Below are positions 1 to 10,550 of a DNA stretch of 64,000 nucleotides, piece by piece. The stretch covers positions 5,973-69,972 of the forward strand of contig SMXQ01000148.1 of the NCBI GenBank assembly GCA_004356985.1, read 5' to 3'. Each line of letters begins with the position of its first letter. Position 1 is the stretch's first letter. The position numbers and the translations under genes are program-made. The DNA is from Alphaproteobacteria bacterium (GTDB lineage Bacteria; Pseudomonadota; Alphaproteobacteria; SMXQ01). The notes below the pieces were generated by a model. That model was not told the DNA's origin. It was given only the letters and a program-made list of their open reading frames with translations, and did no database searches.

Positions 1-325
1 CATCTTTATTTCCCTGCCGCCATTGATGGGCACGTTCTGGCAGTTGATGTTCATTGCCGGATTGTGGGGCGCATCGGCGGGCTTGAGCATGCCCCTGATG
101 TTTTCGATCATGGCACGCGCGGCGGACGCCCGGTCCCAGGGCAAAAGCGTCGGCTTGCGCATCACCGCCAACCGCTTGGGCGCCACCATCCTGCCGGTCA
201 TCATGGGCGCCATCGCCGAAGTTTCCGGCATCGGCAACAGCTTCTTGATCGTCGGCGGGGCGATGCTTGTCACCCTGGGCGGAATCGCCCTTTATGCCCG
301 GCGCGTCACCGGCATGGCGCAATAA
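1..325 (+). CDS. MFS-type transporter, C-terminal fragment (5' end lies upstream of window)
   Basis: ORF 23..325 encodes hydrophobic TM-helix-rich C-terminus (…GLWGASAGLSMPLMFSIMARAA…LIVGGAMLVTLGGIALYA) typical of MFS permease last helices; no start within window. Confidence 0.45.
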   Translation, partial: IFISLPPLMGTFWQLMFIAGLWGASAGLSMPLMFSIMARAADARSQGKSVGLRITANRLGATILPVIMGAIAEVSGIGNSFLIVGGAMLVTLGGIALYARRVTGMAQ

Positions 326-395
326 TCAAACCGCGCGCCAGGGGAAATCCTTTGGTTCGGCGCCGATGACCGGCCGGCGCGCCGACGCCGAACGA

Positions 396-1021
396 TCAAG
401 GTCCAGGACATGAACGCGCGTGCCGGCGTCCGCCGCATGGGGCGCCATCATGGGGCTGCCCATCCCGCCGATGCCGGCCAAGCCGACGGACTTGGCGATC
501 ATGGCGGGCCCGCCCCCGATCGATGCGGAAAGCGTGATGGGTCCGCCACTGCGGCCGCGCCGCCCGACCCACGCGGATCAGCCTCCCATGCCGCGCAAGG
601 CCGCGGCGGCGGACCCGGTGGGTCAGCACGGAACCATCGCCCGCCGCGGCGCTCCGGGTGGCCGGCGGGGGCGCGGGGTCTTCGGGCTCGGGCCGTGGTT
701 GGGACCGTGCGGCCGTGGGCCGCGGCTCGGGCACCACCAGCGCGCCATGCACCCAACCCTCGGGCGCGAGCTTGCCCATCTGCTGCACCCGCAACCAACG
801 GCCCCGGCGTTCGAACTCCATGACGCGGTCGCCGCGTTTGAGACGGCCGATCACCCGTGCCTTGGTGCTGGGCCCGGCCCGCAGGTTGACGGTGGCGTGG
901 TCGACCACGTGAATCTGCCCGGGAGTGGCAAAAACCCTCCCGGCGGGCCCGGCAACCAGCACCAGCGCCAGTGCCACCGGCGCAAACCCCTTGAGCATGG
1001 CGAAACGGAATCTCGGCATCG
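396..1021 (-). CDS. secreted bacterial SH3-domain protein (signal peptide + SH3b-like domain); C-terminal ~90 aa Pro/Arg-rich low complexity
   Basis: Internal Met MPRFRFAMLKGFAPVALALVLVAG looks like a signal peptide; HVVDHATVNLRAGPSTKARVIGRLKRGDRVMEFERRGRWLRV resembles SH3b fold motif; true stop uncertain because the C-terminal part of the frame is compositionally odd. Confidence 0.4.
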
Positions 1022-1238
1022 GCGGCCAAATGCTCCCTTTGAACCCTTGATAAAGCTCGGACCTATTTAACCACCGCCGCACCGGGCCGCGCCAGGGGAG
1101 ATCGCGCGCGCCCAACCGGCACTGTCAGCGGGCCCACGGAGGAGACGGATTGCGACCGAGGCGGGTTTGCCGCTTCCCCTGGCGGGCGGCGGCCATTATG
1201 CTCCTCCGCCGAACCAACCGAAACGCCAGGATCGCCTC

Positions 1239-1664
1239 ATGGGCCAATGGATGGAAACCCACCGCACCGTCGTTTTTCCGGCGCTTTGCGATCATCTCGG
1301 GCACATGAACGTGCGCTACTATGCCCATGCCTTCGACGATGCCAGTTTCCACGCCTGGGCCCGAATCGGCATCACCTTCAAGGCCATGCACGCCGCGGGC
1401 GCGGTCACCGTGGTGGCCCATACCGAAACCGATTTCGTCCTCGAGATCACCGCCGGTAGCCTGATCAAGGTGGAAAGCGCCTTCGTCAAGCTGGGCACCA
1501 AGAGCACCACCTACCGCCAGCGCCTGGTCGACGCCGAGAACGGCGAGCTCTATGCCAACCAGCGGGTAGTGGAGGTTTTTTTCGACCTCGAGACACGGAA
1601 GTCGGTGGCCATGCCGGCGGGTTTCAGGGAAAAGATCGAAGCCGCCCTGATCGCCGAAGGCTAG
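1239..1664 (+). CDS. hotdog-fold acyl-CoA thioesterase (4HBT/YbgC-like)
   Basis: ~140 aa, motif HMNVRYYAHAFDDASFHAW…VVAHTETDFVLEI characteristic of 4HBT thioesterase superfamily; start chosen at MGQWMETH. Confidence 0.6.
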   Translation: MGQWMETHRTVVFPALCDHLGHMNVRYYAHAFDDASFHAWARIGITFKAMHAAGAVTVVAHTETDFVLEITAGSLIKVESAFVKLGTKSTTYRQRLVDAENGELYANQRVVEVFFDLETRKSVAMPAGFREKIEAALIAEG

Positions 1665-1670
1665 CGCGCC

Positions 1671-2132
1671 CTATCCTTTCGGGTCGTACATTTCGATTCC
1701 TTCGATTTCATCGGGGTTTTCCTCCCGCGCGCGCAACTCGATGACGTTGCCGTCGGGATCGCGGATGAAGACGGAAACATGGCCGTCTGCGCCGAACATG
1801 ACCGGGCCCTGGGTGATCCCTATGGCAAATTCATCGAGCGCGGCGATGGTCTCGCCCATGGAGGCGACGGCGAGCGCCACATGGGTGATGCCGGCATGCT
1901 TGGGCGCGATATCCATCAACACGTTTTCCCCGGCGCCGCCCTCCTCGGCATTGACCACCAGGTTGATCTCCACCCCGGCGGCGTTGCGGAGGATCACCAC
2001 GGCATCGAATTCGACCCGCTTGATCACCGAGAATCCCAGGCGCGCGTAAAAAGCGACGGCGCGCGCCTCATGGGCGACGCGGATGCCCAGATGATCGACC
2101 CGTAGGATGTGAATGGCGTTTTCGCTGCTCAT
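1671..2132 (-). CDS. VOC (glyoxalase/bleomycin resistance/extradiol dioxygenase) family protein
   Basis: 153 aa from internal Met [19 protein letters not shown]…; two βαβββ-like halves; convergent with thioesterase. Confidence 0.6.
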   Translation of the reverse strand: MSSENAIHILRVDHLGIRVAHEARAVAFYARLGFSVIKRVEFDAVVILRNAAGVEINLVVNAEEGGAGENVLMDIAPKHAGITHVALAVASMGETIAALDEFAIGITQGPVMFGADGHVSVFIRDPDGNVIELRAREENPDEIEGIEMYDPKG

Positions 2133-2161
2133 CGGCCCCCCCCTTTGGCCGTTGGCCGCCC

Positions 2162-4138
2162 TTAAAACCAGCCCTCGATGAAGGGCTCGAAGAGGAACGG
2201 CACCGGCCAGAACACCATGAGAAGCCAGTCGAACACGGTGATGACGAAGAGCTCGCCGAGGCCGGCGATGATCAGGGCCTCGCGCCAGCTGCCGCCATAG
2301 ACGCGGATGAAGACGATGGCATAGACGGCGACGGTGAGGTGAAAACCGACCAGATAGACCCCGGCCGAAAGCACGGTCAGCCACAATAGGGCGATCGCGG
2401 TCCGCCTGGTCGCCTCCGCCGCCTTGGCCCAATCAAGCGGTGGCGCCTGGTCCGGGGACCACCCCGCGATGGCCCGCAAATGGAGGACGATCTGGCCCAG
2501 GCTCAGGGGAATCCCGACCCCGGCCAGGCAGAAGATCATCAGCGAGGCACGCAGGGCCCAATCGTCGCTGACCATGGCCGCCGCGCCCAACAGACCCATC
2601 AGCAACACGAGGAAGCCGATATCGCCCCAACGATGGGCCCGGCTGAGCGGTTCCGCCGGCGCCCCGCGCGCGCCCTGGCCGCGGCGATAGCGCTTGTAGA
2701 TGGGCACCACCAAAGTGAAGATCACCAACGCCAGGATGGCCAGCACGCCGGGCTGGAGCAGCCAGGTCCAGCCGTAGCGCGCGTTGGAAAGCCAGAGATA
2801 GCCCTCCAGCTGCCCGCCGAGAACCACCGCCACCAAGAGCGGCGGGCGCGGCCAGTCGAACAGCTTCATGAAGTAGCCCAGCACCGAAAAAGAAAGGAAG
2901 GTCAGGACGTCCCACCACACGTAATGGGCCGCGTAGGAGGCCGAGACGCAAAGGATCAGGGTCATCGGCACGATGATGTAGAACGGCATCAGGGAAAGCT
3001 TGGCGAACTGGCCGGCGGCGGCGAGGGCAAGGCCGGCGGCGATGATGTTGGCCACCACCAGCACCACGATCATGGCCATGGTGTAGGGCAATTGCTCGGT
3101 CAACATGGCCGCGCCCGGGGTGATGCCGACGGATATGAAGGCCACCAGCATCAAGGCGAGCGACGTCGATCCCGGAATGCCGAAGGCGATGGTGGGGATC
3201 AGCGCCCCGCCCTCCTTGGCGTTGTTCGACGCTTCCGGAGCGATCACCCCGCGCACGTCGCCCTTGCCGAAATTCTCCGGGTTCTTCTCGGTCTGCACCG
3301 CATGGGCATAGGCGAACCAATCGGCGACGGAAGACCCCAGCCCGGGCAGCACGCCCACCCAGACGCCGATCAGCGAACAGCGGATCACCAGCCACCAGTT
3401 GTCGAACACGTCGCGCATGCCCTGCACCAGGCCATGGCCCAGGCCCTCGGTCTGGGCGATGGAAGTGCGGCGCACCGCCAGGGCGATCATCTCGGGCACG
3501 GCGAAGATGCCGAGGCCGACGAGGATCAGGCTGATGCCGTCCACCAGGTATTCGCCGCCGAAGGAAAAGCGCTCGATTCCGGTCTTGTTGTCCATGCCGA
3601 TGGTCGAGACCAGGACGCCGAAAATGGCCGCGATCAGCCCCTTGATGGGGGCCGTGCCGCTGAGCACGCCGACCGCCGACAGCCCCCAGATCACCAACAT
3701 CAGGAATTCCGGAGAGCCGAAGCTCAGCACCAGGGGCTTGAGGATGGGCAGGCTGAGCAGCAGCACCCCGGCGCCGAATATGCCGCCGAGCGGCGAGGCG
3801 ATGAAGGCGGCACCGAAGGCCCGATTGGCTTCGCCTTTCTGGGCCATGGGGAAACCGTCGACGATGGTCGCCTGGCTTCCGGCGCTGCCGGGCACCGCGA
3901 TCAGCACCGAGGGAAAGGTGTTGGCGGTGTTGGACACCGCCCCGATGCCCAACAGGAAGGCGATGGCCGGGTAGGGGTCGAGGGTTATGGCGAAGGGCAG
4001 GACGATGGTGATCAGCAGAAGCACGCCGATGCCCGGCAGGGCGGCGAAGAAGGAACTCCCCAGGATGCCGATCAGCATCAGGAACAACGGCCAGGGCCGG
4101 AAGATCTCGCTGATGGCGATCAGAAGGGCGTCAACCAT
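2162..4138 (-). CDS. tctA: tripartite tricarboxylate transporter permease TctA with fused C-terminal TctB-like 4-TM domain
   Basis: 658 aa polytopic membrane protein; N-terminal ~500 aa has TctA signatures ([33 protein letters not shown], duplicated halves); last ~150 aa form extra hydrophobic 4-helix module like TctB. Confidence 0.8.
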   Translation of the reverse strand: MVDALLIAISEIFRPWPLFLMLIGILGSSFFAALPGIGVLLLITIVLPFAITLDPYPAIAFLLGIGAVSNTANTFPSVLIAVPGSAGSQATIVDGFPMAQKGEANRAFGAAFIASPLGGIFGAGVLLLSLPILKPLVLSFGSPEFLMLVIWGLSAVGVLSGTAPIKGLIAAIFGVLVSTIGMDNKTGIERFSFGGEYLVDGISLILVGLGIFAVPEMIALAVRRTSIAQTEGLGHGLVQGMRDVFDNWWLVIRCSLIGVWVGVLPGLGSSVADWFAYAHAVQTEKNPENFGKGDVRGVIAPEASNNAKEGGALIPTIAFGIPGSTSLALMLVAFISVGITPGAAMLTEQLPYTMAMIVVLVVANIIAAGLALAAAGQFAKLSLMPFYIIVPMTLILCVSASYAAHYVWWDVLTFLSFSVLGYFMKLFDWPRPPLLVAVVLGGQLEGYLWLSNARYGWTWLLQPGVLAILALVIFTLVVPIYKRYRRGQGARGAPAEPLSRAHRWGDIGFLVLLMGLLGAAAMVSDDWALRASLMIFCLAGVGIPLSLGQIVLHLRAIAGWSPDQAPPLDWAKAAEATRRTAIALLWLTVLSAGVYLVGFHLTVAVYAIVFIRVYGGSWREALIIAGLGELFVITVFDWLLMVFWPVPFLFEPFIEGWF

Positions 4139-4211
4139 GGTTCCTACAAGCGAACGCCGGCGGGCCGGTGGGCCCGCCGGTCGTGGCTGGGTTCGGGATC
4201 AAACCCCGGCG

Positions 4212-5327
4212 TCAGCTGCCTTTGGCTTTCTTTTTCTTCTTCTTCTTGCGCTTCTTCTTGAAGGCGGCCAGGCCGTATTTTTTCCGCAAATTCTCGGCGT
4301 AATCCACCGCCGCGGCGGGCGCGCTGTTCACCTCGAGAACCATCTTGGCCACCGTCTGCCCATCGATATAGTTGATCTCCTTACTAAATTGCTTGCGGCC
4401 GACCTCGAGGAATTTGGGGTCGGTGACCGACTTCTTGTAGGCCGCGCGGTACATCCTCACAATTTCCTTGGGGGTGCCCGGCGGAAGCCCCATCCACTTG
4501 TCGACCTGGGACGGCGCCGTCATCGAAAGAAAGCCCTGAGCGGATAATTTGGAGATCTTCGCCTTTTTCAGCATGTCGGAAAAAACCGGCACGCTTTTGA
4601 AAGACGGCCGGGGGGAAAGCTTGCCATCGACCACCTGGCCATCCTGGACCACCAGGTCGATGACGCCGTCGGCCTGAAGCTGGGCGATGATATAGGCGTT
4701 GTTGGTGGCGAAAATGTCGATCTCGCCCTGGCGCAGCGCCTTGCTCATCTGCGCGACACCGCGGTAGCCGGGAATCCAACGTACGTTCCAGCCGAAGAAC
4801 TCGGCCCCCCACATGGGCATGGCCTGCCAAGAACGGGTGCCCGAAATGGCGGCGACGATCACCGGTCTCTTGGATTTATCCATGAGCCGCTTATGGGCGC
4901 TACGGCTCACGAACAGGATGGCGCCGCCCCGGTTGAGGGAGCCGATATATTCGAATTTCTTAGGGTCGTAGCGGGCCGAACGGCGCCGCAGCGTGCCCGG
5001 AGAGATGACCGTGCCGTCGCTCTGCATGAAGGTCAGGCCGTCGGGTTTGGCCTTGTTCATGAGATAGTTGGCGGCGCGAATCTTGCCGCCGCCGGACCCC
5101 ATGTTGCGGATCACGATGGTGGGATTGCCGGGCAGATATTTCTCCATGTATTGGGAGACGAGACGCCCCACCCGGTCGGTGCCGCCGCCGGCGCTGGACG
5201 CGATGATGAGCTGAACGCGTTTGCCCTTCAAGGAAACCTCGGCGGAAGCCGGGGCCAGGGACGCGGCCGCCCCCAGTGCCACCGTGGCGGCGAGGACTAA
5301 ACGCCAATTGATGAAATGAGTTCTCAT
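4212..5327 (-). CDS. tctC: TctC/Bug-family periplasmic tricarboxylate-binding protein with C-terminal poly-lysine tail
   Basis: Signal peptide (LVLAATVALGAAASLAPASA), Bug/TctC-like body, ends …AAFKKKRKKKKKKKAKGS. Confidence 0.75.
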   Translation of the reverse strand: MRTHFINWRLVLAATVALGAAASLAPASAEVSLKGKRVQLIIASSAGGGTDRVGRLVSQYMEKYLPGNPTIVIRNMGSGGGKIRAANYLMNKAKPDGLTFMQSDGTVISPGTLRRRSARYDPKKFEYIGSLNRGGAILFVSRSAHKRLMDKSKRPVIVAAISGTRSWQAMPMWGAEFFGWNVRWIPGYRGVAQMSKALRQGEIDIFATNNAYIIAQLQADGVIDLVVQDGQVVDGKLSPRPSFKSVPVFSDMLKKAKISKLSAQGFLSMTAPSQVDKWMGLPPGTPKEIVRMYRAAYKKSVTDPKFLEVGRKQFSKEINYIDGQTVAKMVLEVNSAPAAAVDYAENLRKKYGLAAFKKKRKKKKKKKAKGS

Positions 5328-5476
5328 GTCGGCCTCCCTGACCGTTTTGGGTTGAGGCTTTTCGCGCCGCGGTCGGCGGAGCGAAGCCTTTAGCGGTTAC
5401 TATAGACGGCTATAAGGGCGCGGTAAATCGCCGAACCAGCGCCCCGTCCTGGCGGCAAGCGAGAACCGCTAGCGAC

Positions 5477-6679
5477 CTAGACCGCGGGGCCGGTGGACTT
5501 GGGCATCTGGATGACGCCGGTCAAGGCCTCGGGCCCAAGCGCCCTGATCGCATCCTCGTCGAAAATGTCGCCCATTTCCGATTCCACGCCGTTGGCGGCG
5601 ATGGCCTCGAGCCACTTGCGGTGCACCCGGGGGTCCTGGTCCAAGTATTCGATCTGGCGCCCGCCGTCCTGGATCGAGATGGACCCGCCGCCTTCGGCGC
5701 TTTTCTTCCTCAGCGCGATGAACGGATAGCGGCGGCTGCCCATGCTGCAGGCGAGGTAGCGGGCGGGCTGGTTGCAGGTGTTGAAGTGCTGATGCATCAT
5801 CCAAAATGGCGGCGTGTACATGATCCCGTGGCGCCAGGGAATCTCCTTGAACTCGGAATCGCCCTCGTACCAGAGCAGGGAATAGCCCTCGCCGGTGACC
5901 GCGTGCACATGGGTGCCGGCGGCATGCCTGTGGGCCTTCTTGTAGCGGCCCTTGGGGATTTGCGAGGTATGGGCATGCATGGTGCCGTCGGCCAGGATGA
6001 ACGAGATGTTCAGCGACCCCTTGCCCCGGGCGTCCATCTCGAAAAGTTTGAAACCGGCGAGGTCGTGGACGAAGTTGGTTTCCCACAGGTTGATGGGCGC
6101 GACGCCGGCGCCGCGATCGACCGGCACGAGATCGCCCTCGCCGTCGAAATGGTTGCTCTCGCCCATGCGTTCGGGAAAGGTGTGCTCGTTGGCGAAGACG
6201 AAATCCACGTTGTGATAGAGGTTGAGGGTCAAGGGCGCGTCGTTGGTGCATGACAGGCGCGCCGGGTCCCGGCCCGAGCCGTTGAAGACCTGGTATTTGC
6301 AGTTGAGGGGAATGGCGAACACCGCCTTGGGGCCCCATTCGAAGGTGCGCGACGTGCCGTCGGCCATCCACACCGTGGTCGAACCGGTCCCCGCCAGGAC
6401 ATAGAAAAAGGCTTCATAGAGGTGCTTGATGGGCCGCGTCTTGCCGCCGGCGGGGACCTCGAGCACGTAATTGGCCATGAAATCGCCGCGCCCGTGGGTA
6501 TGGGCGAAACAGCCCTTGGCCTCGTAGCGGTCCCAGTCGCCGGTCTCGAGCGCCAAAAGGTCGTGGCCGAAATCGAGATGGATGGGAATGCCCTCCCCCT
6601 CGGCCCAATTGAGGTAGGGATCGACCAGGAATTTGTCGGTCAGGTCGATTTCGGGATTGATTTCGGCATCGGTTGGCAT
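5477..6679 (-). CDS. bicupin protein (two cupin barrels), putative ring-cleaving/other dioxygenase
   Basis: 400 aa; two His-rich cupin motifs (CFAHTHGRGDF…; HRHAAGTHVHAVTGEGY…MMHQHFN); first gene of tctC-tctA operon direction. Confidence 0.55.
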   Translation of the reverse strand: MPTDAEINPEIDLTDKFLVDPYLNWAEGEGIPIHLDFGHDLLALETGDWDRYEAKGCFAHTHGRGDFMANYVLEVPAGGKTRPIKHLYEAFFYVLAGTGSTTVWMADGTSRTFEWGPKAVFAIPLNCKYQVFNGSGRDPARLSCTNDAPLTLNLYHNVDFVFANEHTFPERMGESNHFDGEGDLVPVDRGAGVAPINLWETNFVHDLAGFKLFEMDARGKGSLNISFILADGTMHAHTSQIPKGRYKKAHRHAAGTHVHAVTGEGYSLLWYEGDSEFKEIPWRHGIMYTPPFWMMHQHFNTCNQPARYLACSMGSRRYPFIALRKKSAEGGGSISIQDGGRQIEYLDQDPRVHRKWLEAIAANGVESEMGDIFDEDAIRALGPEALTGVIQMPKSTGPAV

Positions 6680-6883
6680 GGAGAATCCCCTGTTTTCTTA
6701 GGTAACGGCGCAGCATAACCCCGTCGCCGGAGCGCCGCCATTAATAGCACGGGTTTTCGGATTTGCGGCCGCGCCGCGCCACCCTAAGGGTTCCGCATGA
6801 GATGCGGGGCGTGATAGCACCGTTCATACCGGCCGCTCGCCAGGGGGGGGCCGGGACAGGTGCCCGAATATAATCAGGGCCGC

Positions 6884-7294
6884 TCAGGCTTCCCCAGGGG
6901 CCTCGGCATCATCCCGGCGCCGCGCCAGTTGGGCCCTCACCGCCGCCGCCATGATGAGCACACCGGCAATCGCCACGTAGATACGGATGGGCTCGAAATA
7001 GGTCAGCAGAAGATCGCCCCCGAAGACAAGCAACAGGATCTTGTTGCAAACCGGACAGGCCACGCCGAGAAAGCCGAGGACTCCGCCGGTCCCGGCGGCC
7101 CGGATCGAACAATTGGGACGGTACAGGGCGACATAGCCACCGAACAACGCGGACAACGCGCCCAATAGGATGATTTCGAACTCGCCGGCCGGCACCATGC
7201 GGATGAAGAACGCGTTTTCCCACAGCGCCGACACGGTTCCGAGAACCAAGAACGACGCCACCGCCGCCGCCACGCCTTTTAGGATTTGCACCAT
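6884..7294 (-). CDS. small integral membrane protein with membrane-embedded CPVC motif
   Basis: 136 aa, 4 predicted TM helices, LGVACPVCNK motif; no family assigned. Confidence 0.4.
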   Translation of the reverse strand: MVQILKGVAAAVASFLVLGTVSALWENAFFIRMVPAGEFEIILLGALSALFGGYVALYRPNCSIRAAGTGGVLGFLGVACPVCNKILLLVFGGDLLLTYFEPIRIYVAIAGVLIMAAAVRAQLARRRDDAEAPGEA

Positions 7295-7490
7295 GGCCTT
7301 TCCCTCGTCACCGGCCCTCGTTCACCGGCCTAGCCGCGACAGATCGTCCGTCGCGACCGGCGATAGTCGTGAAAACTATGGCGAAACAATGGCGCCGGCG
7401 GGACGGCGGCGGCGGCGGCGGGACCCGGGACAGCCTTGGCGCGCGCGCATTGCCGGGCGGGCGGCGAAGACGCCGATGGGCATCGGCATG

Positions 7491-10292
7491 TCAAGCCTCC
7501 TCCGGGCCGGCGGGTGGAGACGTTTGCGCCGGCCGCCCAAAGACGAAGCGCTGGTACAAGTAACCGATGCCGACCAAGGAGAGGCCGAGGCCCAGGAACG
7601 ACGCGGCACGCAGCAGGCCTTCCAAATCGGCCATGTCGAACAGGAATACCTTGAGGATGGTAAGCCAAAGGACCGCAAGGGAGGCATAGCGCAGAAGGGC
7701 CTCTTTGCGAAAGATGCCCAAGGCCAGAAGCAGCGCGGCAAAGACCAGCCAAACCATGGAATAGGCGTAGAACTCGGTATTGGTGGTGGAATGGGTATTG
7801 AGGACCGGGCCTTGGAAGGCACGGGTCACCTCGAGGGAGACATAGGCGAACACCAGGCCGAAGCCGCCCACGGCAAGGGCACGCGGCAACCAAACGGGCG
7901 CCCAATCGTCGGCGGCGATGCGAAAGGCGATAGCCGCAGGCACGGCGTAGGCCAGCAGCAGTACATTGACCACGGGATAGGCGCCGACCGGCTCCTGGGT
8001 GAAAAGCGGATTGGACCATAGAACCTGGAGCAACACCACCTGGGCGGCGGCGAGCCCCAGCAGGATTCTCGAAGCGTAGAACGAGATGATGTGGGAACGC
8101 CGCCGGTGGTGGACGGCAAGAACGTAGGCCATGGAGAGCCAGGCGATGGACTGCAGGCTCTGCTCCTCAAGGCCGTAGTTGGTGCTGACAAGGGAACCTT
8201 CGATCAAAAGGCGGATAAGCAGGGAAACCATCAGCGCGGCAAAGACCATCGCGCCCGCCTCCAACAGGGTCACCAAAGAGCCCTCGCGGGAAGAGCGGAA
8301 CATCCGCGCCGCCCAAATGAACATCAGCGCCGGCAGGCCATAGCCATAAACCACCCAAGAGGTCAGCGGCGATCCGGTAAGGGAATAATCGAGGACGTTG
8401 TAGTTGAACACCAACCGCGTGAGGATGACACCCGCGATGATGGCGGCGACGGCCTCGACCGATTTTTCAGGCACCCGCCGGTGGATCCACGCCAAGGCCG
8501 GAAGCTGCACGGAAAAGGCGACCGTCAGCCAGGCCTGCTGCAAGGTCATGGTCAGGCCGAGGCTGAGGAAGGCAACCACCGCCGCGGCGTAAAATCCCAG
8601 CGATATGGCGAGGTTCTGCTCCCGGCGGTAATGCGCCACCCGGACGGATGCGCCCAAGGCGACCGCGGCGAGGGTGAATGCGACCGCCGCCCAGCGGATA
8701 TCGATCCCGAAATCCTTGAACCGCCAGTAGGCGATGACCAGAATCAGGACCGGCGTCGCGGCGGATACGGCGGCCCACACGGCGGGACGCTTGGCCCCCC
8801 AGAGGGCGACGAACGCGCCGATGCCGACCAGGCCGCCGAAGACCGCCCCGGCGGTGGCGAAGGTGAATATTTCCGGGGGGATCAGGGGGGCGCCGGGCTC
8901 GACGCCGATGGCCCGTCCCTGGAACTGAAACATCGGGCGCGGCAGGGTGACGGCGTCGGGCAGGCCCCAGACGGCCATCACCGCCAACACCGCCGCGCCG
9001 GCCAGCACCGCCAGCCCGTCGAAGATCGCGTCCCGCCGGCCCACCACGAAATAGAGCGCCACCATCAGCCCCACGAGCACCAGAGACATAACCGAGAAAT
9101 CGGCGAACCTGACCATGACGAAAATGAGCAACGCCACCGCCGAGGCCGCGATCCAGCCGATCGCCTCCGGCAGTTGAAGGTTGGTGATTTCCTGGCGCCA
9201 GCTTTGGCCGCCGGCGGGCCGTTGCCGGCCATAGCCGAAATGAAGAAATACCCCGGCCGTGGCCAAGAGGTAAATGCCTAGCGGCAGGGTGTCCGACGCG
9301 CGCCAATGGATCATGAGCCACAGCACCGGCCAGATCGCCGCGCAGCCCAGGGTCGCAAGCGCCAGCCACCACCATGCCTGGTAGCGCAGCACCGCCAGGC
9401 AGGCGACCTGGATGACCAATAGGTATGCGAACAGCGACCAGGCGGACGGCGCGGCGATGGAAATCAGCGCCGGCGTGGCAAATGCGCCCAGCAGCCCCAT
9501 CAGGGCGACGAACCAACCGTGTAACAGCGATAGCCCGACGGCGAGGCAGGCGACCCCCACCAGGGCCGCGAAGGCGACAATCGGCGGCACAAGGCCGTAA
9601 AGGGTATAGGCGGCTAAAATGCTCGCGAAGACGGTGAATAGGCCGGACGCGGCCAGCGCCGGGGGCACATAGTTCGCGCGCATCGCGGAGATCGCCCGTT
9701 GCAGGGGCCTGCGGCGGAGGAATTCACCGCCCGAGATCAGCGCCAGGCCCAACACCAAGCCCAGGGTCACCCGCGTTGCCGGGCCCAGCAGCCCTTGGTC
9801 GATGGCGTATTTGACGAGGAAGACGCCGCCCAAAGCAATGGCCAGCGCCCCCAACCACACCAGCCAGCGGCCCGCCAGCACTTCCTCGAATTTCTTGAGC
9901 CCGCCACCCGTGGGCGGCGGCGAGGGGGGCGCCGACTTGGCGGTCTGGGGGATCATCCCAAGCGCCGCCGGCCGCTCGCTTTCCGCCTTGCCTGGATCGG
10001 CGATCTCCTCCATTTGGACGGGTTGTTCCGGCGCGGCGTCTTCCTCGGGGGCTGGTGCGGCGATGTCTTCGCCTTGGTCCTCGGCCGGTGCCGCCGATTG
10101 CCCCACTTGCTCTTTCAGCGCGCGTATATCGGCGCGGATTTCTTGGACTTCCCTATTCCAACCCGCGACGGACAGATCGAGCTCACGCGTATGCCGTTGA
10201 CTTTTGGCGGCCTTGGTTATTGCCACCAAAGCAAGAATTAGGGGCCCAAAAAAAATTGCGAGCCCGAACAAAATCATCACTAAGGTGCCCAT
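7491..10292 (-). CDS. DUF2339-type large polytopic membrane protein
   Basis: 933 aa; N-terminal TM helix, ~120 aa acidic/coiled linker (EDQGEDIAAPAPEEDAAPEQPVQMEE), then >20 TM helices rich in Ala/Leu/Gly; architecture matches DUF2339. Confidence 0.55.
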   Translation of the reverse strand: MGTLVMILFGLAIFFGPLILALVAITKAAKSQRHTRELDLSVAGWNREVQEIRADIRALKEQVGQSAAPAEDQGEDIAAPAPEEDAAPEQPVQMEEIADPGKAESERPAALGMIPQTAKSAPPSPPPTGGGLKKFEEVLAGRWLVWLGALAIALGGVFLVKYAIDQGLLGPATRVTLGLVLGLALISGGEFLRRRPLQRAISAMRANYVPPALAASGLFTVFASILAAYTLYGLVPPIVAFAALVGVACLAVGLSLLHGWFVALMGLLGAFATPALISIAAPSAWSLFAYLLVIQVACLAVLRYQAWWWLALATLGCAAIWPVLWLMIHWRASDTLPLGIYLLATAGVFLHFGYGRQRPAGGQSWRQEITNLQLPEAIGWIAASAVALLIFVMVRFADFSVMSLVLVGLMVALYFVVGRRDAIFDGLAVLAGAAVLAVMAVWGLPDAVTLPRPMFQFQGRAIGVEPGAPLIPPEIFTFATAGAVFGGLVGIGAFVALWGAKRPAVWAAVSAATPVLILVIAYWRFKDFGIDIRWAAVAFTLAAVALGASVRVAHYRREQNLAISLGFYAAAVVAFLSLGLTMTLQQAWLTVAFSVQLPALAWIHRRVPEKSVEAVAAIIAGVILTRLVFNYNVLDYSLTGSPLTSWVVYGYGLPALMFIWAARMFRSSREGSLVTLLEAGAMVFAALMVSLLIRLLIEGSLVSTNYGLEEQSLQSIAWLSMAYVLAVHHRRRSHIISFYASRILLGLAAAQVVLLQVLWSNPLFTQEPVGAYPVVNVLLLAYAVPAAIAFRIAADDWAPVWLPRALAVGGFGLVFAYVSLEVTRAFQGPVLNTHSTTNTEFYAYSMVWLVFAALLLALGIFRKEALLRYASLAVLWLTILKVFLFDMADLEGLLRAASFLGLGLSLVGIGYLYQRFVFGRPAQTSPPAGPEEA

Positions 10293-10550
10293 GGCACACC
10301 CCCTTGGACAGTGCGGTGGTTACCTAAATGAGCGTTGTCGGCCGGCGTTCTCAGCTTCGGGAATTAAACACCCTTGGGGTTGTCCTTGCCAGTAAGAGTT
10401 ATGGTTGGCCGACCATGGGGCTTGGTGCGAGGGGGTGTTAACCGACCTCAAGGGTGGCGCTGAGATCGTTGGCGCGCCATTCGCCATGGAGAATTGGACC
10501 GCAGCGGCGTCCGGGAGAGCCCCGGGGCGCGCGTGGCCTGGCGGGCGGCC

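Noticed and set aside
2480-4261. 593-aa plus-strand ORF (His/Gly/Asp/Arg-rich) antisense to tctA
   Set aside because: Low-complexity composition typical of antisense frames in high-GC DNA. It is fully overlapped by a well-supported TctA gene on the other strand. Similar long antisense ORFs (20872..22773-, 27023..29560-, 30824..32908+, 60537..62756+, 37729..39096-) were rejected for the same reason.
6798-6812. CCGCAT-GAG-ATGCGG hairpin downstream of the small CxxC membrane protein gene
   Set aside because: It is only a 6-bp stem and no U-tract follows on the relevant strand, so it is not convincing as an intrinsic terminator.
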